A stretch of DNA of 64,000 nucleotides from an uncultured Dehalococcoidia bacterium (GCA_964487335.1 CAZAPT010000017.1:2710-66709), one strand, 5' to 3'; counted from the first letter of the stretch, positions 48,034-57,856 are shown. Numbers and translations: made by a program. Notes: a model not told the origin generated them from the letters alone.

Positions 48034-48816
48034 ATGGTGGTCGAGACGAAGCCGGAGTTCGACCTCACCTACTCGATCAATGACTTCGAAGCGGGGACGC
48101 ACCGCGACTCGCAATACCTGTACAACGCCATCGAAGACGCGATGGTGGCTCTCGCGACGGAAGTCGCGGGGGGCACGGTGCTCGACGTCGCGTGTGGAAC
48201 CGGGAAGCAGTCGATGCGGATCTCCGACCGAGGCTGCCGGTCCATCGGCGCGGAAGCTTCGATGGAGATGATCGGCGTGGGGCGGTGGGTACATCCGGAG
48301 AGCCGGGCAATGATGCTGCGCAGCCTGGCGGAGTCGCTCCCGTTCGCCGACGGCGCCTTCGACCGGGTGATCTGCCAGGGATCGCTGGATCACTTCGCCG
48401 ACGCGCGCGCGTTCATGCGAGAAGCGGCGCGGGTGACGAAACCGGGAGGACGCGTCGTCATCGCCCTGGCGAACTTCGACAGCGTCTCTTGCCGGATCGG
48501 GAGGCTTGTGTGGCGCGCGAAGCGCCGGCTGGGGCGACCGCTGCCGCCGGGCCGGCCGTACTGGGAGATCCCTGAAGACCACAACGTCAGGGGCACGCTT
48601 CGGTTCGTGCGGGGGCTCGGGGGCGACGCACTGGCGCTCGATCGATGCTTCGGCATCTCGATGCTGTGGCTGGCGCCTCGATGGGGCGCAGTGCTCGATC
48701 GGTTGCCGCAGCGTGCTGCGTCGATGGTCTGGCGCCGGCTCGACCGGTTCGCGCGCGGGCGGCCCCAGCACGCCGACATGATCATCTCGACCTGGAGGAA
48801 ACGCGAGCGTAGATGA
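48034..48816 (+). CDS. Class I SAM-dependent methyltransferase (Methyltransf_11-like)
   Basis: Motif I VLDVACGTGKQS. Motif post-II FDRVICQGSLDHF. VTKPGGRVV. Confidence 0.8.
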   Translation: MVVETKPEFDLTYSINDFEAGTHRDSQYLYNAIEDAMVALATEVAGGTVLDVACGTGKQSMRISDRGCRSIGAEASMEMIGVGRWVHPESRAMMLRSLAESLPFADGAFDRVICQGSLDHFADARAFMREAARVTKPGGRVVIALANFDSVSCRIGRLVWRAKRRLGRPLPPGRPYWEIPEDHNVRGTLRFVRGLGGDALALDRCFGISMLWLAPRWGAVLDRLPQRAASMVWRRLDRFARGRPQHADMIISTWRKRERR

Positions 48817-49673
48817 AGAACCACGGCCTGACGCAGGACTACGACGCGCACGTGCTCTTCACCTTCGCCGCCGTCCCCGCCAAACCGCTCGCCGCCAACA
48901 TCGCCGGCAGGGCCCGACGCTGGTTCGTGATCGCGTTCGCGGAGTCCTGGCTCGCTGTGCTGCTGTTCCGGACCAAGAAGCGGGCCGTCGCTCTTCACAT
49001 CCCGGTGCTGGGCGGACTCTTCGACCTCGTGTCTCGGGCACTGTTTGGTGTGTACATCGGGAGCGACGTGGAGATCGGGCCGGGGCTGATGATCACGCAT
49101 GGCGGCGTGGTCATCGATGGGCGGGTGCGAATCGGGCGAAACTGCCAGATCAACCCGTGGGTGACGATCGGGTTATCGAACAGCCGAAAGCTGGGATTCA
49201 GCATCGAAGGGCCAACCATCGGAGACAACGTGCATATCGGCACGGGTGCGAAGGTGCTGGGCCCGATCACGATTGGCGACCATGCACGCATTGGCGCGAA
49301 CGCTGTCGTGGTGCGTGACGTCCCGGCGAACGTGACGGTCGTCGGGGTTCCCGCGCACGTCATCGCGCGGCGAGCTCCGGCGTGGTTATCCGGCATGCCG
49401 GAGGAGCGGGTTCGACAGCGGATGCGAGCCGCGATCGTTGACTACAAGCTGAAGCGACGGTCGCTGCGCAGCCTCGTCGACGTCCTGCTACAACAGTTCG
49501 ACCTGGCACGCGCACAGCTCGCTGAGGAACGCGCGGTGGTGCAGGACGACCTCATCTTCCTCGATGCCATCGCCGCGACCGGTGGCGGCGAATCGCGGCA
49601 GGTCACCGCAGCCATCGACGCAATTGAGCGGGCGCTGACACCGGAGCAGGAGCGACTCGAAGCGGCTTCGTAG
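48813..49673 (+). CDS. Serine O-acetyltransferase-family (CysE-like hexapeptide) acetyltransferase with ~100-aa C-terminal extension
   Basis: ATGA overlap with the methyltransferase stop. SAT-like alpha-helical N-domain plus LbH repeats (IGSDVEIGPGLMITHGGVVIDGRVRIGRNCQI). Confidence 0.7.
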   Translation: MKNHGLTQDYDAHVLFTFAAVPAKPLAANIAGRARRWFVIAFAESWLAVLLFRTKKRAVALHIPVLGGLFDLVSRALFGVYIGSDVEIGPGLMITHGGVVIDGRVRIGRNCQINPWVTIGLSNSRKLGFSIEGPTIGDNVHIGTGAKVLGPITIGDHARIGANAVVVRDVPANVTVVGVPAHVIARRAPAWLSGMPEERVRQRMRAAIVDYKLKRRSLRSLVDVLLQQFDLARAQLAEERAVVQDDLIFLDAIAATGGGESRQVTAAIDAIERALTPEQERLEAAS

Positions 49674-49681
49674 GCGCGAGC

Positions 49682-50521
49682 TCAAGCGCAGAGCGAGCGC
49701 CAGGCGATCTCGCCCATCTCCCAAAGGAGCTGGTTTCCCTCGGACTCGTGGTCCGCGCGGCCGGCGAGCATGCCTTCGCCGAACACCGCCATTGCGAAGT
49801 GTCCGCGCGGGCTGTGAAAGATCGCGCCGCCGCACCGGATGCCGTTGATGAAAGCGCCGCCCTTCTCGGCGACCCAGTTATCACGCGGGTTGTCCAGCAT
49901 GTTCAACTCGTTCCACGGAAGCCGATGCGACAGCTCGGCCCGTCCGTTCAGGCGTCGCATGATGCGCAGCATGTCCTCGGACGCTTCGCGCGAGACCATC
50001 TTGTGGCTCGCGATCGCAGTGAGCATTCGGGAGATGTCGCCGGCGCTGCTGACGTTCATCTTTCGGGCATCGAGGCCGGCGGCGCGATCGCCGAGACGTT
50101 GGAAGAGGCGGGTCCTGGCGTAGCCGAGTCGCTGCCAGAGATCGTTCAGCTGTTGCAACCCGGCGAGGTCGATGCACATGTTGGTGGCTGCGTTGTCGGA
50201 GATGATGATCATGAGCATCGCGGCGTCGCGAACGGTCATCGAGGCACCGGGCGTCATGTGTTGGAGCACGCCGGATCCGCGGCAGTTGTGGACTTCTTCG
50301 TATGTCGTGCGGTCGTCGAGGCGGAGGCGGCCCTCGTGGACGGCATCGTACAAGCCGACGAGGATCGGCACTTTTATGAGCGACGCTGTGGGCATTACCT
50401 CGTCTTCGTCAATGGCGATGTGATCGCCTGTCCGGACGTCGGTGACGGCACAGGTCCACCGGCCGGTGTACTTCTCGCCGGCGGCGCGGAGGTCCGCTTC
50501 GAGGCGCGCAAGGCCGCTCAC
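49682..50521 (-). CDS. Class A beta-lactamase-like serine hydrolase, no signal peptide
   Basis: SxxK (SLIK), SDN, and EKGG in place of KTG. The track ORF extends to 50617 and overlaps the upstream gene by 100 nt, so the true start is internal (about 50521). Confidence 0.65.
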   Translation of the reverse strand: MSGLARLEADLRAAGEKYTGRWTCAVTDVRTGDHIAIDEDEVMPTASLIKVPILVGLYDAVHEGRLRLDDRTTYEEVHNCRGSGVLQHMTPGASMTVRDAAMLMIIISDNAATNMCIDLAGLQQLNDLWQRLGYARTRLFQRLGDRAAGLDARKMNVSSAGDISRMLTAIASHKMVSREASEDMLRIMRRLNGRAELSHRLPWNELNMLDNPRDNWVAEKGGAFINGIRCGGAIFHSPRGHFAMAVFGEGMLAGRADHESEGNQLLWEMGEIAWRSLCA

Positions 50522-50943
50522 TTCACGATGCCTGCTTCGAGCTCTTCCTCGGTGTACTCCACCTGTTCGTCCTTCAGGGCGGGGTCGTAAGCGGGATCCG
50601 GGTAGTTCACGAGCCACGCCTCTTCGTCGCCGATGTTCTGCAGGCCCGTCGGGACATTGGCCGGGATGAACAGGCGCTGCGGTGACGAGGCGTCGAGGAC
50701 GTGCTCCGCGCGCTTGCCGTTAACGTAAAGGATGATCTTCATCCGGCCACGGATGCAGACGTATCGAGCGGCGCGGACGCGGTGGAGGTGATAGCCTTTG
50801 AACGAGCCGGGCGACGCGGCCGTGAGATACCCCGTCGTCTTGCTGCCATCCTTCCAAAGCTCGATTAGCCAGCCGTTCTCGGTGCCGTCGTGCGCGTAGG
50901 TCGTGACCTTCTTCGCAGGCTCGATGCGGACGGCGTCGGTCAT
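50518..50943 (-). CDS. FdtA/QdtA/WxcM-like cupin (dTDP-sugar 3,4-ketoisomerase family)
   Basis: 141 aa. HLH pair (YHLHRV) in a small cupin. Assignment by motif recall. Confidence 0.5.
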   Translation of the reverse strand: MTDAVRIEPAKKVTTYAHDGTENGWLIELWKDGSKTTGYLTAASPGSFKGYHLHRVRAARYVCIRGRMKIILYVNGKRAEHVLDASSPQRLFIPANVPTGLQNIGDEEAWLVNYPDPAYDPALKDEQVEYTEEELEAGIVK

Positions 50944-50956
50944 GGGTCGCTAGCCG

Positions 50957-51460
50957 CTATGAAGGAGTCGCTGCGAGATCAGCGGGGCGAGTGGCAACGA
51001 CGTTCATCGTGGTACCCGGGAAGAGACTCCGCACCGGCTTGAGGATGATATTGGTCTCCGCCTTGACGATGCCCGGGATGGCGGCGAGCGTCTGGGTCAT
51101 GAAATCCGTCAGCTCATCGTTCGTGGGAAAGAACGCGAGGACGATGATGTCCGCGTGGCCGGTGGTGTAGCCAACGTAGACCACGCCATCCGCTGATGCG
51201 ATGCTTTCGGCGATATCCGTGATGCGCGAGAGCTCGCCCGAGATGCTGATGACAGCGGCGGTGTTGAGACCGAGCTTCGCGGGATTGGTGACGCCGACGA
51301 TGCGGAGGACGTCGTCGCGGATCAGGCGTTCGATGCGGTTGCGGACGGTGCCTTCGGAGACGCCGACAGCCTCGGCGATCTCACGGTTTGTGGCACGGCC
51401 GTTCTGCTCGAGAATGCTGATGATGTGCTGATCGACGGCGTCTGGCTTCTGAAACGGCAA
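50957..51460 (-). CDS. Lrp/AsnC-family transcriptional regulator
   Basis: N-terminal HTH (ATNREIAEAVGVSEGTVRNRIERL) plus RAM domain. Confidence 0.85.
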   Translation of the reverse strand: MPFQKPDAVDQHIISILEQNGRATNREIAEAVGVSEGTVRNRIERLIRDDVLRIVGVTNPAKLGLNTAAVISISGELSRITDIAESIASADGVVYVGYTTGHADIIVLAFFPTNDELTDFMTQTLAAIPGIVKAETNIILKPVRSLFPGTTMNVVATRPADLAATPS

Positions 51461-51678
51461 TGCTGGCGCCTTCTCGTTGCGGACTCAGGATGAGGCATAT
51501 CATCACGCTGATCGGGGAGTGTCAAGGTCGTATGGCCCGCGATGCGCCGGCTGCCGCTGGGTCGACGCCTTGTCGGTGAGCGACGGACTGAATTGACACG
51601 CTGAGACGGGCGTCCATAGAATTGGATCGCCGCGCGATGCCTTCGGTTCGAGGTACATCAAGGCGGCAGTCCCGGCGC

Positions 51679-51755
51679 GGCCCCGTGGTGTAGCGGTCTA
51701 ACATGCCACCCTGTCACGGTGGAGATCGAGGGTTCGAATCCCTTCGGGGTCGCCA
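51679..51755 (+). tRNA. tRNA-Asp (anticodon GTC)
   Basis: GGCCCCGTGGTGTAGCGGTCTAACATGCCACCCTGTCACGGTGGAGATCGAGGGTTCGAATCCCTTCGGGGTCGCCA. Anticodon loop CTGTCAC. 7-bp acceptor stem (one G-U pair), encoded CCA. Confidence 0.9.
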
Positions 51756-51826
51756 TTCAGTTCGTTCTTACTCCCACGTTTGAAACAGCGTAGACTCGGC
51801 GTTTCGCTCTAGCAGCCGCTCGGTTG

Positions 51827-52297
51827 TCAGTCTGCCAGTTGGCGCGTGAGGAGCATCTGCCCTACGTGCTCACGGAGGTGCTCGAGCGCGTGGAGCATCG
51901 CCCACGCTGCGGAGACGCGATCTGACTGATCAGGGCTTGGTCGGGCGTGGGTCTTGCGCTGTGCGCTCCAGTCGATCGCGGAGGCGTCATCGAGCAGGCG
52001 TATGCAATCACGCGCCATGCTGTCGACGAACGCGATCAGGTCTTCGGGGCCGGACGAGATAGCGCGGAACTCCGACGCGCGGTCGCGATCGGGCAACGGC
52101 GCACCGAGGGCCACAGCGAACCACGAGCGGGTGCTCGTCATCGAGTGGACGGCGAGGACTGCGATGGAATTGGTGTCTTCGCCGGCGGGACGCCAGTTCA
52201 GAGTTTCCGGCGTTGCACCTTCGATGCAACTGCGCATGTCGACCGCGGCGGTGTCGAGGATTTCGCGGGCAGCGGCCACGACGGGATCTGCGGTCAT
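51827..52297 (-). CDS. DinB/YfiT-family protein (paralog 2)
   Basis: 156 aa. Matches the DinB_2 family by overall sequence; motif-level call only. Confidence 0.6.
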   Translation of the reverse strand: MTADPVVAAAREILDTAAVDMRSCIEGATPETLNWRPAGEDTNSIAVLAVHSMTSTRSWFAVALGAPLPDRDRASEFRAISSGPEDLIAFVDSMARDCIRLLDDASAIDWSAQRKTHARPSPDQSDRVSAAWAMLHALEHLREHVGQMLLTRQLAD

Positions 52298-52369
52298 GTA
52301 CTTTTCACGGCGCTGAGTCGTCGTTCGAGACGATTCGCGCGCTCGGGACGACGGGCCCCGGACGCACGA

Positions 52370-53119
52370 CTACATGTACTGGCCGCCGTTGGGATTGAAC
52401 TGCTGTCCGGTGATCCAGTCGCCTTCCGTGCACAGATAGCGCACGAATGAGGCGACTTCCTCGGGCTTGCCGAAGCGGCCGAGGGGAATCTGCTTCAAGA
52501 GCGCCGCTTTCACTTCGTCAGTCAGGGCGATGACCATATCGGTCTCCACGAAGCCGGGGCACATGGCGTTTACGGTGATGTTGTTGCGGGCGAGCTCTTT
52601 CGCGGTTGACTTCGCGAAGGCGATGAGGCCAGCCTTCGCTGCCGCGTAGTTCGCCTGGCCGATGTTGCCCATCTGGCCGATGATGCTGGACATCAGGATG
52701 ATGCGACCGTAGTTGCGCTCGATCATGTGAGGGAGCGCGGCCGACGTGCAGTAGAACGCGCTATTCAGGTCGGTGTTGATGACCTCGTTCCACTCGTCGA
52801 TGGACATGCGCTTGAGAGCGCGGTCGCGATTCACCCCGGCGTTGTTGACCAGGATGTCGATCTGGCCGTAGGTCTCGATCGTCTTGTCGATGAGCGCCTT
52901 GCATTCGTCGGGGTGGCCGACGCCCGCGTGTACGGCGACTGCGCGGCCTCCGCTCGAGACGATCTCGCCGACGAGCGCCTCCGCCGGCTCCCGGCTCTGG
53001 TAGTAGTTCACAACGACGGCGGCGCCTTCGCGGGCCAACTCTTCGGCGCAGGCGCGGCCGATGCCGCGCGAAGCGCCGGTGACGACGGCGACCTGCCCTT
53101 CGAGCCGTTTCTGCGACAT
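52370..53119 (-). CDS. fabG: 3-oxoacyl-ACP reductase FabG-like SDR
   Basis: VTGASRGIGRA. NNAG. S-Y-K catalytic residues (YAAAKAG). Confidence 0.8.
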   Translation of the reverse strand: MSQKRLEGQVAVVTGASRGIGRACAEELAREGAAVVVNYYQSREPAEALVGEIVSSGGRAVAVHAGVGHPDECKALIDKTIETYGQIDILVNNAGVNRDRALKRMSIDEWNEVINTDLNSAFYCTSAALPHMIERNYGRIILMSSIIGQMGNIGQANYAAAKAGLIAFAKSTAKELARNNITVNAMCPGFVETDMVIALTDEVKAALLKQIPLGRFGKPEEVASFVRYLCTEGDWITGQQFNPNGGQYM

Positions 53120-53211
53120 GCGTCCTCCGTTATGGCGATTGCATCGGACGGTTACCGGCGGGAATGTAGCGAATCGGCGGCGGTCGGAGTAGTTGACCCG
53201 AGGTGGCCCGC

Positions 53212-53802
53212 TCAGGCCTTCGCGAGCGCGCGCAACGCGTCGCGGATGCGGTCCTCGAGGGGGCGCGCTTCGCCGTTGACAGGGGCAGCCGCGGCTGATG
53301 CTTCCGCCCGGGTGTAGCCGAGGCCGACCAGGGCGGCGATCACCTCTTCGTCCTTCGTCTCGCGTGCGGGCGGCTGCGGGGGAGTGCCGTCATCTGCGGG
53401 AGGTGTCACCTTGTCGCGCAGCTCGAGGACGAGTCGTTCGGCGGTCTTCTGACCGATGCCCGGAACGCGACGGAGCGCGTCGGTTTGGCCGGAGACGATG
53501 GCGCGGGTAAGTCGCGCGTAGTCAAGGGTAGAGAGCAGGGCGAGGGCGGCACGAGGGCCGATGCCGCTTACGCCTATGAGCAGCTCGAACAGCGCGAGGT
53601 CGTCGGCCGTGGCGAAGCCGTAGAGAGTGAGCGCGTCCTCCCGCACGTGGAGGTGGGTGAAGAGCGACGCGATGTCGCCGGCGACGAGCGCGTCAGCGGC
53701 GCTGGACGGCACCGAGGCGACGATGCCGATGCCGCCCACACCGACGATGACCCAATCGTCGCCCTTCTCTTCGACGGCCCCACGGAGGCGGGCTATCGGC
53801 AC
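53212..53802 (-). CDS. ruvA: Holliday junction branch-migration protein RuvA
   Basis: OB domain, two HhH motifs (LIGVSGIGPRAA, VPGIGQKTAERL), C-terminal RuvB-binding domain. Confidence 0.85.
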   Translation of the reverse strand: MPIARLRGAVEEKGDDWVIVGVGGIGIVASVPSSAADALVAGDIASLFTHLHVREDALTLYGFATADDLALFELLIGVSGIGPRAALALLSTLDYARLTRAIVSGQTDALRRVPGIGQKTAERLVLELRDKVTPPADDGTPPQPPARETKDEEVIAALVGLGYTRAEASAAAAPVNGEARPLEDRIRDALRALAKA

Positions 53803-53886
53803 GGCATCGCACGCGGCACGCGACGGAGCATCATCGAGGGGGAGTATCGCAGAACGGCGACGGGCGAGACTAGGTTGGGATGTCGG

Positions 53887-54714
53887 CTAACTGGCCTTGC
53901 GTTCCCCGGGGGCGGACTCGGGATTCGTGGCCTCGGAAGCAACCGGCTCGGCGACATCAACGTCATTAGCCGCGGCGTTCGCGTCGGTCCGTTCTCGCTT
54001 CGCGTCGTACAGCGATAATTCTGCCGCCTGCCGAAATTCCTGCACGCTGGTGATAGCGGGAGCCGGTACGGCGGCGATGCCGATCGTGAAGGTTAGCGGC
54101 GCGTCGATCTCGTAACGGCGCAGCAGGAACCGCTCCTTGTTCACCCGCTCGCGCAGCTTCTCGCCGACAACGATCGCCTGCACCTCGTTCGATTCGGGCA
54201 GGAGCAGTGCGAGGATCTCGGGCGTGTATCGGGCAGCGACATCGTTGACGCGAACAATCCCGTGGATGCGCCCGGCCACCTCGGACAGCAGGAAGCCCTT
54301 CCCGAGCCTGCCGATGCGGTCACCGAGCGAGATCAAGTCATCGACTTCGATCAGCATCAGGGCGAGATTGCGGCCGTGGCGCTGGCAGCGCTCGAACTCG
54401 ACCGCCAGGGAATCGTCAAACGAGCGGCGCGTGGCGAGGCCCGTGAGCTCATCGATAGTCGAGAGGTGGTCGATCTCGATCTCCTTGCGTATGAGCTGCG
54501 TATTGAGCTCGTTGACGGTGCCCAACGTCGCGCGTAGACGGGCGCGGTAGTACAGGTAGACGATGACGACGAGAGCCGAGACGAGGGCAGGCAGCGCGAT
54601 GCTGGCGAAGGTGTTCGAGTTCAGGCCGGCGTCACCGCCGAGGCCGAACGTGACGGCACCATACGAAGCGACGATGACCGCGATTGCGGCGAGGGCGAGG
54701 AGGACGTTCTTCAC
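53887..54714 (-). CDS. Membrane-anchored GGDEF-domain protein with degenerate active site (TPEIL instead of GGDEF) and intact RxxD I-site
   Basis: 2 TM N-terminus. GGDEF-domain fold. Active-site sequence RVNDVAARYTPEILALLLP. Conserved SLYDAKRE region. Confidence 0.7.
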   Translation of the reverse strand: MKNVLLALAAIAVIVASYGAVTFGLGGDAGLNSNTFASIALPALVSALVVIVYLYYRARLRATLGTVNELNTQLIRKEIEIDHLSTIDELTGLATRRSFDDSLAVEFERCQRHGRNLALMLIEVDDLISLGDRIGRLGKGFLLSEVAGRIHGIVRVNDVAARYTPEILALLLPESNEVQAIVVGEKLRERVNKERFLLRRYEIDAPLTFTIGIAAVPAPAITSVQEFRQAAELSLYDAKRERTDANAAANDVDVAEPVASEATNPESAPGERKAS

Positions 54715-54764
54715 GTAAGAATGTTCGGCGTGGACGGGCAGGCGCGTAGTAAGGGTGATCGCTG

Positions 54765-55721
54765 ATGTTCGAAGGCGTTATGTCGGGCTCAGGGCGGCCA
54801 AAAGTGCCGGGTACGGCAAATCCTGCCTCGAGATTGAGTCTGGTCGCAATCGCCGGCGCGCTTCGGCGCGGCCTGCCGGAGGCCCATCCGGAAACGGCGG
54901 TCCTGCTGGGCGAGGGCTGGAACGCTACAGCGTGGCGTATGCGAGGCGATGCACACGATTGGGTCGTCCGCGTACCGAAGCTGGAGTGGGCGGCAGGAGA
55001 GATCGAGCGGCAGACGTGCCTCGGCAATCATCTCGCCGAGCTAGGGCTGCCGGTCCCGCGTGGCTGGCGCGTGCTGCGGGATAAGGAGGGCAAGATCGTC
55101 GCCGGGGTGTACGAGTACGTCAGCGGGGGTGAAGCAGCGAAGTCGGGCCAGGACGTGCTGGAAATACTCGCCGTCGATCTCGCCACGTTCCTCATGCAGC
55201 TACACGACCTGCCCAATGAGTTTGCGCTCCGCGAATGCAGCGCGTTGCCCCTCGAGCCGTGGAGCGGGCGATATCGCGGTCTCATCGAGACCTACGGACG
55301 GCTGGCCGGTCCGCGCACGCAGTCGTGGCTGAAGCGCGCCGGTCCGAGGCTCGCGCGAGCGCTCGCGTCATACGACCAGCCAGTGCTGCTTCACGGGGAC
55401 CTAGCACCGGAGCACGTCATCTGCGACGCCGATGGTCGTCTGGCTGCGGTGCTCGACTTCTCGGGACCACAGGTGTCGGATCCCGCCATCGATTTCGGAC
55501 GGTTGGTACAGAGATGGGGAGTCGCGTTCGCGAAAGAAGCGCTACGTCACTACCGGCGGCGGATCGACGCTGGTTTCGAAGAGCGGATGGTGCTGTACGC
55601 GCGCCTCGAGCCGCTGCGCGCGATCGAGGGTGGCGTCCTGCGCGAGTTGCCGGAGTGGATCGCGTGGGGGCGCAAGCAGCTCGGGGTGCACGCGGCAGCC
55701 GAACGTCGCGCCGGGTTATAG
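54765..55721 (+). CDS. Aminoglycoside/choline-kinase-like phosphotransferase (APH family)
   Basis: Brenner motif HGDLAPEHV. DFSG. Start uncertain. Confidence 0.7.
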   Translation: MFEGVMSGSGRPKVPGTANPASRLSLVAIAGALRRGLPEAHPETAVLLGEGWNATAWRMRGDAHDWVVRVPKLEWAAGEIERQTCLGNHLAELGLPVPRGWRVLRDKEGKIVAGVYEYVSGGEAAKSGQDVLEILAVDLATFLMQLHDLPNEFALRECSALPLEPWSGRYRGLIETYGRLAGPRTQSWLKRAGPRLARALASYDQPVLLHGDLAPEHVICDADGRLAAVLDFSGPQVSDPAIDFGRLVQRWGVAFAKEALRHYRRRIDAGFEERMVLYARLEPLRAIEGGVLRELPEWIAWGRKQLGVHAAAERRAGL

Positions 55722-55730
55722 CGCGAGACT

Positions 55731-57125
55731 CTAACCCAGCTGCCACTTCCCGCCGTGGTCCGCGAACCAGGCGAGGACGCCGCGCCGACTGATCGGGTTG
55801 CGCGGCATCCAGCGGACCTCGTGGGTGTCGCCTTCCATCTCATGCCACGCGGTCTTCAGGCGGTCGATCTCATCGTTGCAGGCGCGGGACTTCGCGATCT
55901 GAGGGTCAACGCCGTAGAGGCGTGCCGCGTTCAGTCCGAAGATCTTCCGCTTCACGTCGTCGGTCAGAGGAGCATAGCCGTACTGGTTGGCGAACGACGG
56001 GTCGAGCTGGAAGGTGCGGAAGGCGACGATCTGCGGCTGAGGCGATCCGCTCCAGATGCAGTCGGTCCCCCAGAGGACGTTGTTCTCACCGCAGTATTTC
56101 ACCAGCTTGCCGATGAGGTGCGCCGCCTGCGTCGTGTCGCTCATGATGCTGCGCCATGTCGTGCCCAGCTCCGCATAGACGTTGGCGTTCGGAGGGACGC
56201 CGTTATCGAGCAGGCTCTTGATCAGCGTGTTCGTTCCGCGCTCAGCGTTGTTGGGGTCGTACGCGCCCTCCCGGGTGCCGGGGTACCAGCCGGAGTGGTA
56301 GACGACGAAGTTCATGTCCGGGTAGGCCTTCGCGACGACGCCGATGTCGCGCGGTGACGAGTAGCTCTCGTCGAAACCGAAGAGCGGCAGACCCTTGTGG
56401 CTGCAGATCATCTTCACGCCGGTCTTACGCGCTTGCTCGATAATCGGGATGCCGTACTGCGGGTCGTCGAGGAACCAGCCTTTGCCGGTCTGACCGGTGT
56501 ACGGCGTGTAGACCTTCCATGCGGCGACGTCGAGCGCCTCAGCACGGGACTGCATGCTATCGAGCTGATCCTGGATCCGGCCGACGTTCGGGACGACGAT
56601 GCTATGCAGCCGGAGGCGGTCACTGTCTTTTGGCGACAGGTCATTGATGATGTCGCGGGTCATCTTCATCTCGTCGAAGGTCAGCGGATCGGCGCGGTCG
56701 TTCACGGAAGGCGTGTCGGAGAGGACGGCGATGCTCGTGTCGCTCTCGAGGAAGATGTCGTGCGCGTAGTAGTAGCGGCTCAGGCAGTCGAGTTTGTCGG
56801 CCTCGGTGCAGCCGGGGCGGAACGCGCGGAAGAACGCGGCGCTCGCAGGACTCTCCTGCACCCACGGTCCCTCGGGATCGACGTGGTGTGTCTGCACGTC
56901 GAAGATGAATTCATCGCCTTCGAGCATCTGGCACACGGCCTCGGGCGAGGCATCGCTGGGCACGGCGTACGTGCCGCCAGAGGTGACGCCGGTGGGCAGC
57001 GACTTCTTTTCCCCGCTGTCGCAGCCGACGAGGTTGATGGCGGCGAGAGTGACGGCGATGCCGCCCATGCCCTGCAGGAACCTTCGACGATCGATCCCCT
57101 GCTTCCGGGCGATCTCGTCTCCCAT
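55731..57125 (-). CDS. Tat-exported amidohydrolase-family (TIM-barrel metal-dependent hydrolase) protein
   Basis: Start at internal Met (MGDEIARKQGIDRRRFLQGMGGIAVTLAA, twin-arginine signal). The 143 codons upstream in the track ORF are Arg-rich artefact. Confidence 0.65.
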   Translation of the reverse strand: MGDEIARKQGIDRRRFLQGMGGIAVTLAAINLVGCDSGEKKSLPTGVTSGGTYAVPSDASPEAVCQMLEGDEFIFDVQTHHVDPEGPWVQESPASAAFFRAFRPGCTEADKLDCLSRYYYAHDIFLESDTSIAVLSDTPSVNDRADPLTFDEMKMTRDIINDLSPKDSDRLRLHSIVVPNVGRIQDQLDSMQSRAEALDVAAWKVYTPYTGQTGKGWFLDDPQYGIPIIEQARKTGVKMICSHKGLPLFGFDESYSSPRDIGVVAKAYPDMNFVVYHSGWYPGTREGAYDPNNAERGTNTLIKSLLDNGVPPNANVYAELGTTWRSIMSDTTQAAHLIGKLVKYCGENNVLWGTDCIWSGSPQPQIVAFRTFQLDPSFANQYGYAPLTDDVKRKIFGLNAARLYGVDPQIAKSRACNDEIDRLKTAWHEMEGDTHEVRWMPRNPISRRGVLAWFADHGGKWQLG

Positions 57126-57361
57126 CTCGAGTGCGAGGGCCTCAGCGGCGAGGTGAGTGCGGGTGCGCGGGAGCGGGACGTATTCACCATTGCTCGCCTG
57201 ACCGGGGCGGTAGGGGAGGAGGATCGGCAGTTCCGGGTCGGTCTTCTTCTCGCGCACGGTCGCCTCGGCACGGTGTGATGGCGGATGGTATCGATACGAG
57301 AGGAGCGCCGCCACGGTTTGGGCGACGCTCCTTCGATTCAGGCCAGGCTTCGACTTGTGCG

Positions 57362-57718
57362 CTATCCCTTGGCGTAGTTGGTGGCGCCGGCCCAGTCGAT
57401 GGTGACGACGGGCTCGTTGCCGACGACCCAGGCGTCGTGCCCGGACGGGAGATGGACGACCTCTCCGGCCTTGATGTCGAATTCGCTGCCGTCCTGCATC
57501 TTCACGTGCAGCACACCGGAGACGTGGTAGGCGAAGTGCGGCGCCTCGCACCACTCAGTCTTGGCGATGGGCTTCACGTCCTTGGACCACTTCCAACCGG
57601 GCTGCAGGGTGAGGCGGCCGACGCTGCCGCCGGCGATGTTCACAATCTCGGCTTTGCCGTTCTCGAACTTACGGGTTTCGTCCGGCGAGCCGATGTTCTT
57701 TCGTTCTGCGGAGGCCAT
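57362..57718 (-). CDS. Cupin-domain protein
   Basis: 118 aa small cupin. Confidence 0.55.
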   Translation of the reverse strand: MASAERKNIGSPDETRKFENGKAEIVNIAGGSVGRLTLQPGWKWSKDVKPIAKTEWCEAPHFAYHVSGVLHVKMQDGSEFDIKAGEVVHLPSGHDAWVVGNEPVVTIDWAGATNYAKG

Positions 57719-57856
57719 GGTCAGACTCCTTTCATTCGAAGCCGTGCGATCAGATCTTCGCGCCGCTGACGAGTATGGTCAACTGCACACACGCGTACAC
57801 AGGCGAGGCGCGTCTGGCACATTGGATCAACCTCATCTCGTGCTCACGCACGTAGT

